Shown: positions 42,206-55,121 of the stretch, in pieces | How positions within the stretch are numbered: position 1 is the first letter of the stretch | Layout of the letters: the number at the start of each line of letters is the position of its first letter | From: Macrostomum lignano | Taxonomy: Eukaryota | Assembly: GCA_002269645.1 (NCBI GenBank) | Contig: NIVC01002006.1 | Location: 1-64,000, forward strand | DNA: 64,000 nt | Direction: 5' to 3' | Notes under the pieces: model-generated | Database searches by the model: none | The model's input: the letters and a program-made list of their open reading frames with translations, nothing else | Told to the model about the DNA's origin: nothing | Translations under genes and position numbers: made by a program

Positions 42206-45200
42206 GAATATGGCCTGAGCCGTCTTACTAGTAGTGGTATATGTACTTTCTCTCTCCAGTCTGGGTGTTACCAAGTTTAGAGGGTCATAGCGATTACTCT
42301 TAGTACTCTCTTTGCATGAATCCCTGATTCCCAACTCTTAATACTTCTTTAAGCAATGAGCTGAGAATAAGTATTGAACAAGCTGTAAACAATTTAATTC
42401 GTGAGAGCTCCTATTTATACTAACTGAAACAAGTGTATTTTAACAAAAGACTATTATTTGAGAATATTTCGAAAAGTAAAACAACATACATTTTTTGTGC
42501 GCAAGTTTGGATTGAAACTTCCTAAGAAACCCTATTACAATTAAAATAGGCTACTTATAACAATTGCAAATATATGATTTTTGTGATTATAGCTTTTAAA
42601 AAATTACTTATTGACTGCTTTGCATATATTTTCAGTTTATAAAGTAAAATACTCATGACTTAGCCAGTAGCTATGTAATATATGCAAAGTGTAATAAATG
42701 GATTAGGGATGAGTGTGGTTATTCAAGGTTCTAGTTCCTAAATTGTACTTTGAAATCCCTCTATAATGGATCACATAGGAATAGTACCTAATAATAAAAT
42801 CACCATAGAATAAAAATGGATAGCAAAAATAGTCTTTAGAGTTTGTCTTTTTTATTTTGACTTTTTTTTCTAAAACAGTAAGACTTTGCTCTTTGCTAAA
42901 GCTTGGATTAATCTCAACAAGTGTTTGCCAAAATAGCTAGCTTTAGATGAAATAGTTGCTGTAAAAGTATTTTTTGGCTATTATTGACTTTTGCCAAAAA
43001 TTATTTTGCCAAAGTGGATTGAAACCATTAATATTAGTATCAAACACCAAAAAATGAATATAATATATTATTAAAATTATGTGAACTAATAAAGTTGACA
43101 AATAAAATTTAAAAATATATATGTTTTTTCTAAAAGCTAAAGTTAGGCCTAATATTTTTGTTAGGTAGCTTAGACCTAGCTTAAAATAATAGTTCAAAGG
43201 TAATCATTAGGCCCCTAAAAAGAAATTAAAATATTAGATATAAAGTAAAATGATTTTTAGAATATTTAAATATAATATATATTGTAATAGGTCTTTTTCC
43301 CCTATCTTTCACAGCTGCAGGCCTTTAATTTAATCTCCTTAATGCCACCAAAGTTGTATTGGTGCTAAACTTCTCTTTTAATAATCCCACTGCTATATTC
43401 TATCCTTTCTTTGTATGAGTCTAAGTAGCATTATAGTAGTGTTCTGGTAGCATTCTAGTAGCATTCTTAGTAGCCTAAGTGGTCTTATTAGTATATTTAC
43501 TACTTCTCTAATCTGGGCATTACTAAGATTAGAGGGTCATGGCACTTGTTGTTAGCATGTACTTCTACTATATTACTCTTTTATATGTATTCCTGATCCT
43601 TAAGACAGAAGATAAGACTGTAAGATGGAAGATAATGCCTAAGTCTAGCAAAAAATGAATGTAATACATTTGTACTACTTATACATACTACATTGCTTAG
43701 GCCAATAATACACTGAGATGTGGCTAGACATATCTGAGAGCTAGGCTCTCAGAATTATTTAGAGGCAAAAGACCTATCATAGCATTGTGGGTTTTAGGGA
43801 CAATAAAAAAGAGCTATCAAAAAAAGAAATTTCCTTGGTACAAATTAGTGTTAGCAATAATATATCATCAAGAGAAAAATCACTTTCTTTTCAAACATAG
43901 CTAGGTATTACAAAGCAATCATTTTTATGACTTATAAGTGCTATAACTTTTTAGTAACTATAATTAGTTTGAACTAGATCAACCATGATCACAAAAACTG
44001 TGATCACATAAAAAAAATCACACAGTTTTTTGCCAATCACAGTTCATGAATTTTATGACTTAAAATTTACTTATTTAAGTTATAGCACAACATACTGAAA
44101 TATACAATTGTGAAAAGCAAACCAAAATTGCAAAAAAATCAGTGCAGATGTAAAAAAGTCACATAATGAAATATAGTCAAGAAGTAAACATGATAAAACA
44201 AAGCTTAAAAATCAATAAAAATTACTAGACTTGGTAGTATTAATACTAATAGTTCTGTGTTTAAATTAAAATGTATGTTATAAAAATTCACAGTCATGCA
44301 CGGTCTAGTTCCAATCATGCACAAAAATCACAGTCAGTCAATCCCTAGTTTTAAACATATATTTTAGCCTATAATCAAGAAGTTGTCTACTTTGTTGTGA
44401 AATTCAACTTTTATCAAGTCAAAAGTCATGGCTTTTGGTCTTAAAACTCTATAGTCAGTTAAAATGATATGCTCTCTGTTTGTCTTTATAAACTATTTAA
44501 AAACTTTCAGTTCAAGTTTAGCTCTTGAATATTAGGCTAGGTTTATTAAATGTTTTGCCAACACATTCTCTTCCACAGGTGGCACTAATATGATGTTTTC
44601 AATCTGTGACAGTTAAAAAAGGATACTAATGTAAGTGAAAGATTTAATTTGAAATAGTATTCTCATTTTAGTCTGCAATAGGCATTAAGGTTTTGTTTTA
44701 TGAGTTTCATGAATTTTTCTTCTATTCCATCTCTATATTGCTTATTCAATATATTACATGTACAGAAAAATTTCAACCCCATTCCCATAACACAGAAATC
44801 CTGGGATCCCTGCAAAAGTTTGCATCCTCATCTTGCCTAATATGAAAAGTTTTAATCCCTTCCAACTTTTTCTAGTTCTAAGACTAATATTCTCTAGAAA
44901 TCATTTTTTCCATTAGGACTTTTCTTCTTAATCTTAAGGTGACTCTCTTAATTAGTAGGTGAATGAATTTCGCTGAACCAGAAAGTTGACCCACAGGCTG
45001 CTTGTCCTGGTAAGTTCCTCCATAAACTAACGTGCGCCACACCCGGTTCAGCCAAGGTAAGTTGCAAAAATGCCACTGAAAAAATATGGATGTAGTGCTA
45101 ATTTGATGACGAGGTATTTAGCCTTAATAATATAGTCTTAGTTACTCCTGCCGTTTACCCAAAAATACTTCAACTTTTGCTTAGGTTTCTTTCATAGGTA

Positions 45201-45644
45201 AGTCACATTTTTGATCAAAAAGTAAATCGCACAGCCGTTGTAATCAGGGGGTTGCTCATGTAGACGAGGCTGGAAGATCAGTTCTGGTGAGAGTTTATTG
45301 TGTTTTTGCAATGGAAACACAGTTTAATTATGTTCATAACTGATATACTCTTTGCAGTGTGGGAATCTTCGTAGAGTGTCACCTCCCGCAAAACACTTCA
45401 TCTTTGACAATAATTATGTGAGAGCAGTAAGCTAACTGATTAGTTAAATAAATAGTATATTGATTTTATTTTATGTCAATGGTCTCAGCTTATTTAAATA
45501 ATAAATCATGTGGATCGAATCAATCCCTTTGTCTCTGGGCTACACCTGGCTCTGTACTCTGCATTCAATCTATTTCTCATCATATGGCACTAGGATTTTT
45601 ACTATTAGAACCATTTTCCAGAATTTATCGTTTCTGCAGTCAAT

Positions 45645-46525
45645 TGGCTGCTCAGTTGGTTCACCATTCACTCAGTTGGTTCCTCATTCACTCAGTTGGT
45701 TCCCCATTCACTCGGTTCTTCATTCACTCAGTTGGTTCCCCATTCACTCAGTTGGTTCCCAATTCACTCGGTTCCCCATTCACTCACTTGGTTCCCCATT
45801 GGGCCATTAACTCGGTTGGTTCCCAATTCACTCAGTTGGTTCCCAATTCACTCAGTTGGTTCCCAATTCACTCAGTTGGTTCCCCATTCACTCAGTTGGT
45901 TCCCCATTCACTCAGTTGGTTCCTCATTCACTCAGTTGGTTCCCAATTCACTCAGTTGGTTCCCATTCACTCAGTTGGTTCCCCATTCACTCAGTTGGTT
46001 CCTCATTCACTCAGTTGGTTCCCCATTCACTCGGTTCTTCATTCACTCAGTTGGTTCCCCATTCACTCAGTTGGTTCCCAATTCACTCAGTTGGTTCCCC
46101 ATTCACTCACTTGGTTCCCCATTGGGCCATTCACTCGGTTGGTTCCCAATTCACTCAGTTGGTTCCCAATTCACTCAGTTGGTTCCCCATTCACTCAGTT
46201 GGTTCCCCATTCACTCAGTTGGTTCCTCATTCACTCAGTTGGTTCCCAATTCACTCAGTTGGTTCCCCATTCACTCAGTTGGTTCCCCATTCACTCAGTT
46301 GGTTCCTCATTCACTCAGTTGGTTCCCAATTCACTCAGTTGGCTCCCCATTCACTCAGTTGGTTCCCCATTCACTCAGTTGGTTCCCAATTCACTCAGTT
46401 GATTCCCAATTCACTCAGTTGGTTCCCATTCACTCAGTTGATTCCTCATTCACTCAGTTGGTTCCCCATTCACTCAGTTGGTTCCCCATTCACTCAGTTG
46501 GTTCCCCATTCACTCAGTTGGTTCC
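45645..46525. repeat. 20-bp minisatellite (CATTCACTCAGTTGGTTCCC)n, about 880 bp
   Basis: Read directly; variant units recur at intervals. Confidence 0.97.
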
Positions 46526-46774
46526 CAATTCACCCAGTCAGTGTTCCATAGTTGTCTGCCAGTTGGTCCCAGGCAGAGTTAGCCCGACCTTGCTGACCAA
46601 TGAGCAATCGCTGTCCCCCCTATTCCAGATAAGCCAGGCGCGACCTGCTGTCTCCTAAACCCGCGTGCTGCCCTCTGCCCCTCAGCAAACGCATTGATCA
46701 GTGAGTCTGGCTGAGAAATTTGCCTGACCCTAGCGAGTATTCACTAGCTAAAAAGCAGGTCTGAACTTGGCGCG

Positions 46775-47809
46775 ATGGGCCGCAAAAAGAAGAAGCAGCT
46801 GAAGCCCTGGTGCTGGTACTGCAATCGCGAGTTCGAAGACGAGAAAATCCTCATTGATCACCAGAAGGCGAAGCATTTCAAATGCCACGTGTGCCACAGG
46901 AAGCTGTTCACTGGGCCGGGCCTGGTCATCCACTGCGGCCAGGTGCACAAGGAGAAGGTGGAGCAGATCCCCAACGCTGTGCAAGGTAGGACTAGCGTAG
47001 AAATTGAAATCTACGGTATGCAGGGCGTGCCAGAGGAGGACCAGGAGGCCAGGCGGTTGATGAAGCGCGGCCAGGATCCCGAGGCTGAGCAGCAGCAGCC
47101 GCCGGAGAAGAAGAAAAAGCAGCCGCAGGATCAGGCCGCCTGGCTGCCGCCGAACATCCCGATGCCTCCGCCAGGCCTGCCGTTCCCCCCGCCGCCCGTG
47201 GCCATGCCGTTTGGCTCATCCATGCCGCCGCCTCCGCCGCCTCCGCCGCCTCCGCCGCTTCTGCAGCCGTTCTCGGCTCCGACCACCGTGCAGCACCCGC
47301 ACTTCCCGCCGCCGCCGCGTCCGCTGGTGCCGTCCGCGGCGGTTCCTTCGTCCTCGGTCGCTTCGTCTTCGGTGCACAAGCAGCCCAACCTGGGCCTGAC
47401 CTCGGATTTGAGCACTTATCCTCGAGTTGCCAAGCCATGGGCTTCGGGTGCCAATGCGGCCGCGGCGGCCGGCGGCCTGCAGGCCAAGCTGATCCACCCC
47501 GACGAGGACATCTCGCTGGAGGAGCGGCGCGCCTGTCTGGGCCAGTTCAAGCTGGCCTCTGGCGCCGCCAAGAAGACCGGCAGCGGCGGCCAGCAGCCTG
47601 TCGTTGCCGCGGTGTCGACATCTTCATCTTTGTCGCGTCCGCCGCCGCCGCTGATGCCGCCGGCGGCGCCTCCGCCGCTGATGCCTCGAATGCCGGTGAG
47701 CCTGCCTTCAGTGTCTCGGTCCGGCCAGCTGGCGCCCTGGCGACCCGCCGGGGGGCCGCCGCCGCCGCCTCCTGCCGCGGGTTCCAAGGGCTCTGGCCGG
47801 GTGTTTTGA
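46775..47809 (+). CDS. ZNF207: BUB3-interacting GLEBS-motif zinc finger protein (BuGZ/ZNF207), single exon, 344 aa
   Basis: [60 protein letters not shown]-terminus, Pro-rich middle, and GLEBS motif [14 protein letters not shown]; the ORF is uninterrupted. Confidence 0.96.
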   Translation: MGRKKKKQLKPWCWYCNREFEDEKILIDHQKAKHFKCHVCHRKLFTGPGLVIHCGQVHKEKVEQIPNAVQGRTSVEIEIYGMQGVPEEDQEARRLMKRGQDPEAEQQQPPEKKKKQPQDQAAWLPPNIPMPPPGLPFPPPPVAMPFGSSMPPPPPPPPPPPLLQPFSAPTTVQHPHFPPPPRPLVPSAAVPSSSVASSSVHKQPNLGLTSDLSTYPRVAKPWASGANAAAAAGGLQAKLIHPDEDISLEERRACLGQFKLASGAAKKTGSGGQQPVVAAVSTSSSLSRPPPPLMPPAAPPPLMPRMPVSLPSVSRSGQLAPWRPAGGPPPPPPAAGSKGSGRVF

Positions 47810-47908
47810 ATTTGATTGTGTAATTTGGCTGGCTGGCAGCATCAGGGGACCGCTTCCATGCTGGACTGCGCAGAACGTAGTATAAAATTCCAGAGGATAG
47901 TGTCCCAT

Positions 47909-48039
47909 TAGAGTTGTAATCCCAGCCAGTTTAAATCAAATCCCATATCCCATTTACAAATTTCAAAACCCCGACAGTCGAAATCCTAGATCCCTACACT
48001 TGAAATCCCGGCATCTCAAATCCCAGGATCGCAATGCTA
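47909..48039. mobile_element. Small hAT-like MITE remnant
   Basis: TAGAGTTGTAATCCC...GGATCGCAATGCTA termini with internal AAATCCC repeats; related pieces at about 39420-39472 and 44790-44810. Confidence 0.4.
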
Positions 48040-48573
48040 GTTACTAAAATTACAAGTTAGGCGAGATGTAATAGGCTTGTAAAGTATGTTTAAGTAAGTA
48101 GTGGATTTCAGCGCGAGTTCGCCTTCTTGATTGAGTGTCAGCTTTCATACTATATCTGCTATGCGCATCTGTCTGTATGCAGTTTTTAGCCTGCAACTGC
48201 TCTAGCTCTGTAACCCATTTCTTTTATTAATGTTCGTGTCTCCTACTTATAGTAGTATGCTCCTGTTAAACTACGATAACGTAAATTAATAAGACTAGCT
48301 GTTATCAGTTCAACCGAGGGCGTCTTCTGTCTGTTTTATTAATTGCACACTGCCCGCGGTGTGGCCGGTTCCCTTTGCGGTCGACAAGAAATATGAAATA
48401 CAAAATTATTCCGCGCATCTGGTTTTCTAATTTTCGAATAACTTAACGAGCGTCATTAAAAGTACCTTCAAATGGTAGTCATTTTGTTGCTAGTTGTGAA
48501 TTCCTAACTCTGAGTTATTTGCTTATTTACCCAAGAAGTTCCTAATACTATATGTATGAATATTATAAGGTGT

Positions 48574-48715
48574 CTGACTCACTGCTATGACTAGCTGACA
48601 TCAGTATCTGACTCACTGCTATGAATAGCTGACACACCAATATCTGACACTGCTATGACTAGCTGACACGAATATCCCACTCACTGCCATTACTAGCTGA
48701 CACACTCATATCTGG
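48574..48715. repeat. Approximately 34-bp degenerate tandem repeat, 4 copies
   Basis: CTGACTCACTGCTATGACTAGCTGACAC units. Confidence 0.75.
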
Positions 48716-49248
48716 CTTCTGCATGACCAATTCCTAACTAGCTATGAGCAACTGTAGGCAGTACATGTAATTCAGTTACGATGCCCCCTATCTGACACGT
48801 CTCTCAGTTAATGATTTTTGGCTGCTCCGCCAACTCCCGAGTGCGGCTGGGGTGGTTGGTGAGAGGGGAAGGAAATCGGGTGGGTGTGTTCAACAGCCAA
48901 TTGCAAGCGGGTTTTCGCGGACAAATTGGTGGGGGTGGGGTTAGAGAAAGCCTTTATCACAACAGGGTTATAGAGTGGGGTGGGGCGGGTGGTGTGTACA
49001 TCCTATCAGTGTACACTAAAATCGGCTTGTTGACTGGATGGCCCCAACCAATCAGGTGCTAAGAGACGAGTTATTTGGGTAGAATGACCTATTTAAATTA
49101 ATAAAATACACGAGGACTCACTAGTGATCTAGCAATTCATTGAACAGGCATAAACTTTTGCTTTAATATCAGCTCAAGGTCAAAGTCAGTTAATCTGGCT
49201 GAGCTATCAATAAAAAGTTAATTAAGAATCGAAGATTGAGCAGGCGGG

Positions 49249-52200
49249 ATGTTGTTGCTAGCTCTGATGCTGCTGTGTCTGCAGCAGCCGCAGTTGTCTC
49301 TGGGCCTGATACCAACGGTTTGCGTTGCTAACGTAACTAGCAAGGCTTCGGTCTGCTGCCCCATACCGAAGGGCTTCAGCCAGCCCTGCGGTGGCCGAGG
49401 CCGCGGCGAATGCGTCAGAATTCAAGCCTACCAGGAGTTCGAGCACTACCATCCTGGACTGGTCAAGTAGGTGTCCGCGTGGCTCCGTTCTGGTTTTTAA
49501 GGGACAATTGGGCACTGGAGACTGACACTTGGTTACAATTATCGCTTAGCATGGCTGTTAAAGATCACAGCAAATTCCCAAAAGCCTTGACACCCAGATA
49601 TACCCATGGTCTTTTCCGATACCCGGCCATAGTCCTTTCCAGATACCCCCAGTCATTTTTAGACACCCATACATTTTCAGATACCCCAAGTTAACCCTTA
49701 TTTTATCACAGTAAAATTTCCCTTGGCTTCCCTTGTACATCAGCAACAAGTGTCACCTCACCTGCCGTAGCCGCGAATGTCGCGATCCTCGAACATGTTC
49801 ACCACGAGAATCTATGGTCATTTTCAGATACCCATGGTCATTTTAAGAAACCCATGATCCTTTTCAGACATCCATGGTACTTTTCAGATACCCATGGTCT
49901 CCAGCCAGTAATCAACACCCCTTTCGAGATGCACATGGGATAGTTCAAATACCCATTAGCACCCTCCAGATACCACCCTAAAGATACCCCTTAGCAGCAT
50001 ATAGATGCCTACGGCGTTATGCGCTACTTACGTATATCCTACTATCACTAGTAGTCACCAAAGCATATTCGCTCTCCATTTAAAACCGCAGAGATGACCG
50101 GCTGATGTGGCCCAGCCGGTTCTTCGAGTTCGGCTGCCAGTGCGACTCGCGCTACTGGGGCGCCGACTGCGGCGAGTGCTTCTTCGGCTGGCGCGGCCCC
50201 CGCTGCAACCAGCGCGACGTGAGGCTGAGGCGCAACATCTTCACGCTGAGCCCGGCTGAGCGAGACCAGTACAGGGAGATCAGCCGGCTGATGCGGGTGA
50301 AGATGTCGCCGTACTCTGTGCTGATTGAAAAGTACAATAACCAGTCTGACCCGCTGAGGAGCCCAGTGTTCGTGCCCGCCACTGTGCACTACTGGCTGGT
50401 GTATGTGCACAGGTGCGTCTGCTAATGCATTGATTGACACCTGCCGGCTTTATACTAGTTGCTAGATTAATCATAAATCAACACGGTAATATCTCAAACT
50501 TTCATCAACACCTGACATCCTCCGCTTCTTAGTTAGAAGTTCCTACTTAGTTCCTCCTTGTGCTTGTGCGAGAAATTGGCCGAGGCCTGAGGGACTTGTC
50601 AATGCGATTCACCACACCCACTGGGCCAACCCCCAAGACACAGAGTTGTACATGTCTGACGATTAGAAAGTCAGCACACCCTGTATGAGCGTGTGTATGA
50701 GAGCTTGCCTGCGTACAGTGTTGACGCGCTTGCATGTGCTCAGGAAGTGGAATAGGCAGAATTGCCTCAGCGCAATGTCGACGAAACCTCCTGCGAATAT
50801 TTATTTCAATTGCTTATATTTCTCCCCCCCCATGGAAACGGTATATATACCCAGGCCAAGAAGCGTCCCAGAGTCACTTGCGTAGCCCCAGAGTCGCTTC
50901 AGAGCCGTTGCAGGTAACGCGGGTAGGAAAGCAGTGACTCCAAACGACTCTAAACCGACGAGATGTGACTTAAGCGTCACTTTGTAGCGTTTTATTGTCT
51001 GCGACTCTGAAACGAACTCTGGTGCGACGGTATAACGACTCTGGGGTCGTAGAGTCGTACCTGAGGCGTGCCAGAGTCGCTGTAGAGTCAATGAGTTGTG
51101 TTTGAAGCGTGACGCGCTCGTGACTCAACAGTCGCCTCCACGTCGCATTAGACGCGTTTGAGCAGTTAATTTTTGCGCAAGAGTCGCCTCAGAGTCGCTA
51201 GAGTCACCAGTGAGTTGTTTGCAATGACTCTTTAGCGATTCTTGTCAGGAAAACGTTTTCAACGGGTCTTGTTCCACAATTCTCCTGCTTCCTCTGTTCC
51301 CCGGTGCGCCACTACCCGCAACCGCACCTTCGCCTACCCAGGTACGCCTCCCGTCGCACCCTGTTCCCGGACGCGAAGCAGTGCCAGCAGTTTGGCATCC
51401 TGGACCTGAACCATGGCGGCCCCGGCTTCATGACCTGGCACCGCTACTACACTATGATGCTGGAGCGCGAGCTGCACAAGATCGCGGTGGAGAGGTTCAA
51501 CTGGACAACCTTCGGTCTGCCCTACTGGGACTGGGTCGACGCCACCTGGTGCGAAGTCTGCCAGAATGACATCGTTGGCGCGCCGGGCGAGTGCGACAAC
51601 TTCGGCCAGCGACTGCACCCGGCCAGCCCCTTCAGCGGCTGGGACGAGTTCTGCACCACGCCGTCCGCCAAGGACCGCCAGCAGCTGGGCGGCGGCTCCT
51701 GCTACGGCTGCCACGCCGCTGAACGATTCGGCAAGCTCGTCAGGCAGTGGACGAGCCTGTCGCTGCCAACCACTGCCGAGGTGAACTACGGCCTGAGCAT
51801 TCCGCGGTACTATTATCCTGAGGAGTTCAACCGCCCAGCTCAGGACCTGGAGAACTGTGGCTTCGCCAGATACCTGGAGGGTCACTGCGGCCCCATGGAG
51901 CTCTATGGGAAAATTGGCACCCTGCATAATAAGGTGACGGCTGGGGTGGAGTGACCGATTTAGCAACTTTTTGAGAGTGACGGAATTAGGGGAACGTTTT
52001 AGGAGTGATCGTTTGTGTGTGACTCATTGGGAGTGACTCATTGGGAGTCAATAGTGGCTCTTCAATAGCGACTCTTCAGGAAGGACTCTTCATGAGTGAC
52101 TCTTCAGGAGTGACTCTTCAGGAGTGACTCTTCAGGAGTGACTCTTCAGAAGTGACTCTTCAGGAGTGACTCTCCAGAAGTGACTCTTCAGGAGTGAATC

Positions 52201-52873
52201 TTTAGGAGTGACTTTTTAGGAGGGACTCTTCAGGAGTGTCCATTCGGGAGTGGCTCTTAGAGATGACTCTCCAAGAGTCTTAAGAGTCTTTGGAAGTGAC
52301 TGTCTAGAAAGTTTAAAACTTGTATTCTGTTAGCATGTATCATGTTCTCTCAACGGGTTATGTTCTTTGTAACGAGTAACGAATCCAGGTGACCAATGGA
52401 ACCTGAAGGCATGATGCTCCTATCTCCCGCAGGTGCACAATTCGGTTATGGGCAGCTTCTGCTGCGCCGCCACGGCACCCAACGATCCGATCTTCTTCAT
52501 GCACCACTCGCAGATCAGCCGCCTGGTGCACATGTGGTTCCTGCGCCACCGGCCCCACCCGGTGGACATGGCCAACATCAACGTGTCGCCGGGGCACGAC
52601 CGCCAGAGCTACATGGTCGGCTTCTACCCGCCAATCCGGCACGAGGAGGTCTTCACCGACATCGCCGCTCTCGGCTACGAATACGACACGCTGGAATTCG
52701 GCGAGCCAGTTCGACGCAGGCTGCAGAAGGAGGGCCGGATGCCCAAGCCAACGCTGAAGCACTTCATCAACTGCCAGCGCGGCTTCCTGCACCCCCAGCA
52801 CCGCCTGCACCGCCACGAATTCGAGGATGAGCTGCAGCGCTTCCTGGCTGAGCATCCGGGAGCTGCCGCTTGA
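49249..52873 (+). CDS. tyr: Tyrosinase (type-3 copper protein, TYR/TYRP/DCT-like with Cys-rich N-terminus), 4 exons
   Basis: Exons 49249-49466, 50092-50412, 51342-51933 and 52433-52873 have consistent phases. Signal peptide; CCP...PCG...GRGEC; DDR.MWP.RFF..CQC...YWGADCGEC.FGW.GP.C; CuA residues YVHR, NHGGPGF, TWHRYY; LPYWDW; CuB residues LHNKVHN and NDPIFFMHH. Confidence 0.93.
50850..51250. mobile_element. MITE-like element in tyrosinase intron 2
   Basis: Imperfect termini CCAGGCCAAGAAGCGTCCCAGAGTCACTTGC and GCAATGACTCTTTAGCGATTCTTGTCAGG, with many internal (A)GAGTCGC / GCGACTC subrepeats. Confidence 0.55.
52070..52240. repeat. 14-bp array (GAGTGACTCTTCAG)n in tyrosinase intron 3
   Basis: Read directly. 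Confidence 0.9.
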
Positions 52874-52880
52874 GACGGAC

Positions 52881-52945
52881 GGCACTCTCCGATAGGCACT
52901 CTCCGATAGGCACTCTCCGATAGGCACTCTCCGATAGGCACTCTC
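52881..52945. repeat. 14-bp array (GGCACTCTCCGATA)n just after the tyrosinase stop codon
   Basis: About 4.5 copies. Confidence 0.9.
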
Positions 52946-55121
52946 TTCCATTCATTCTCTTTAAGCCACTCTATGATGGAACTCTCGTCCAGTCACTCTT
53001 CCACAGTCCTCTTATCAATTCGTCTTTTGAATAGTCAGAATTTGCTCCTACTTGGCTCCTTAGACAAAATTTATATCAAAATATTTGCAGTCTCCAATTT
53101 AGCACAAAAAATTTCTACATGACATCACCATTCATTTCAGCAAATAGTCAACTTTTGTTTCCTTGTTTTATTGTTCGTTAATCGTTGATTTGTTTAGCGT
53201 TTGAGTTTATTAAACTTAAATAACTTAAATAAATATCATTACATGTATTGTTTGATATTTTTTGTTAAAAAGCTTGACAAGTTCAAATGTGCCTTAAATG
53301 AAATCTGAAAACAAGAAAATTACGAGTAACGGCCGGCCGGGCAGTTGTTCGATGATATTTGCAGCAGGTGAGATACAGATCAGCTTTTCATTCTATCGTA
53401 GGTCGTTTATAGTACAATCACACTACTATTAGTAGTTTTCGGTTAGCAAAATAGTTAAGAATGATTAGTTTAGGCAAGTTGAGAGCATTCATGCAGTTTT
53501 AAACAGAAAAAACCGCTAAGACTGAACATAGTTGGAGTTTATCGATCTCGCCTCAGTGAGCGTGCTCCATAGCCTTGGTCCATCTGCTGGCTCCTCTGGA
53601 AGTTCCCTGCCTTTGTGTCTCCGGCTCTCATCCTGACAGTGGAATGGAGTCCTGGGTTGGAAGTTCGTCTCGTACCGGGGATACCGGCTGAGTCCGGGTC
53701 CTCTTGCCCTGGGTGCCCCTTCCCGACCCCTTGGCCTGGCCCTGTTTAGAGCTGGATAGGTGACACCCTTGTGGCTCGCAGCCCTATAGGTAGACTGGCT
53801 TCCTGCCTGATAGGAGACTTGCCCTCGGATACAAGCCTTCCAGACTCACTCCAATTAGTTAGCCTTGCCGAGAGTGGGTGAAAATTTCATGGCAAAGAGC
53901 TGCTGATGGTGTAGGAATTCACTGGCTGAAGATTCGATCCGGTATGAAAACTGGCTTGTACAAGAAACTGTCACGTATTTTTGTAATGCTTGGCGAGCTG
54001 GATCGGTAATAATGGATTGGCAAACACTTGGCATGTTTGACTTTCATTTTGCCTTGCCTTCTACTATGAATTAAGGGGGCTTGTATAGGGTTGTTGAAGC
54101 TAATTTGCCTCTCTGAAGCAGAAAATGCAGCCCCCTTCCAATGGGAGCTCGGCGGTAAACGCGCCTGAATCTAGCGATTAGAAAGTCAGGTCTGCTGTGC
54201 CTGCGTACACTATTGGCTCAGTACTGGTTTCAGGACGATGCCGCCGAGAGCAGCGCCAGCCATCCTGCAAACATGACCAATTGTTAGCTTTTAAGGCCCA
54301 TTAATCCAGACTTGGCGTGTCTGTAAAACTTTTTTCAAAGCTTTTCTGCAGGAAGGCAAGCACCATTAAAAGTTGGGATTTGCTGTCACCCGCGGGGAGC
54401 TGTCCTGCAGCCCAGATTTTAGCTCATTCTTTTCCAAACCAACTTTGTCTGTGAAGCCTGGAATAAATAGTTCTGTGTATTGAACTCGTGGCAACTACGG
54501 CTAGCATAACGCGCCCTTCTGCCATGGCTGTGGCTCTCTGACTGTGTCAAGAGTGCACACTGAAAACCTTCCACAACCATGACAGTCCTTATTGCAAACG
54601 GTTTACCTAGTCTTAGGAATGAACCAAAACTTTTCAATTTAAGTGTCGAGTGTTCCAGCACGACTTGGTAAACTGTTTCCTCGAAAGTCTTCGCTGCAAA
54701 AAGGTTCAACTTCTGTTTTGAACACTACATGTCGCCTTTTGCCAATCGAATCGCTATAAAATCGAGTGCCTCATTTGATGCTAGCATTGAAATTTCAATA
54801 GTAGCCTCCGTATAAACATTATAGTTAGCCTAAGCGTGTTGAATCTAGGTGAAACGCACGGCAGCCGCCTGCTGCAATTGTCTGCAAAATGCTTATTGTA
54901 CCATGACCTCTTGCCCGCTGGGTACTTATTCTTGCCTTTTAATGCCATAGACTACGTTTAAGCCCGCTTGCAGGACTTTAATGCTTTAAACTTACTTTCA
55001 TGCAAATTAGCGGGCAGTTAAGTATAAGATATTCTATGGATTTGAGGTCGGTATGTGATTAAATCCCGAAAGCCGAAAGCATATTCCTACCATAGACAAA
55101 ATTTCATTATCTGCAGGTAGG

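Noticed and set aside
45473-46658. ORFs of 230-320 aa upstream of ZNF207
   Set aside because: Translations of the 20-bp minisatellite.
46992-47908. Overlapping antisense ORFs on ZNF207, and similar shadow ORFs on the tyrosinase, LINE and GPCR exons
   Set aside because: Expected shadows of GC-rich coding sequence, with no independent motifs.
54419-54709. 96-aa ORF between the tyrosinase and the LINE
   Set aside because: No recognisable domain or splice context; it may be an old transposon fragment but cannot be supported.
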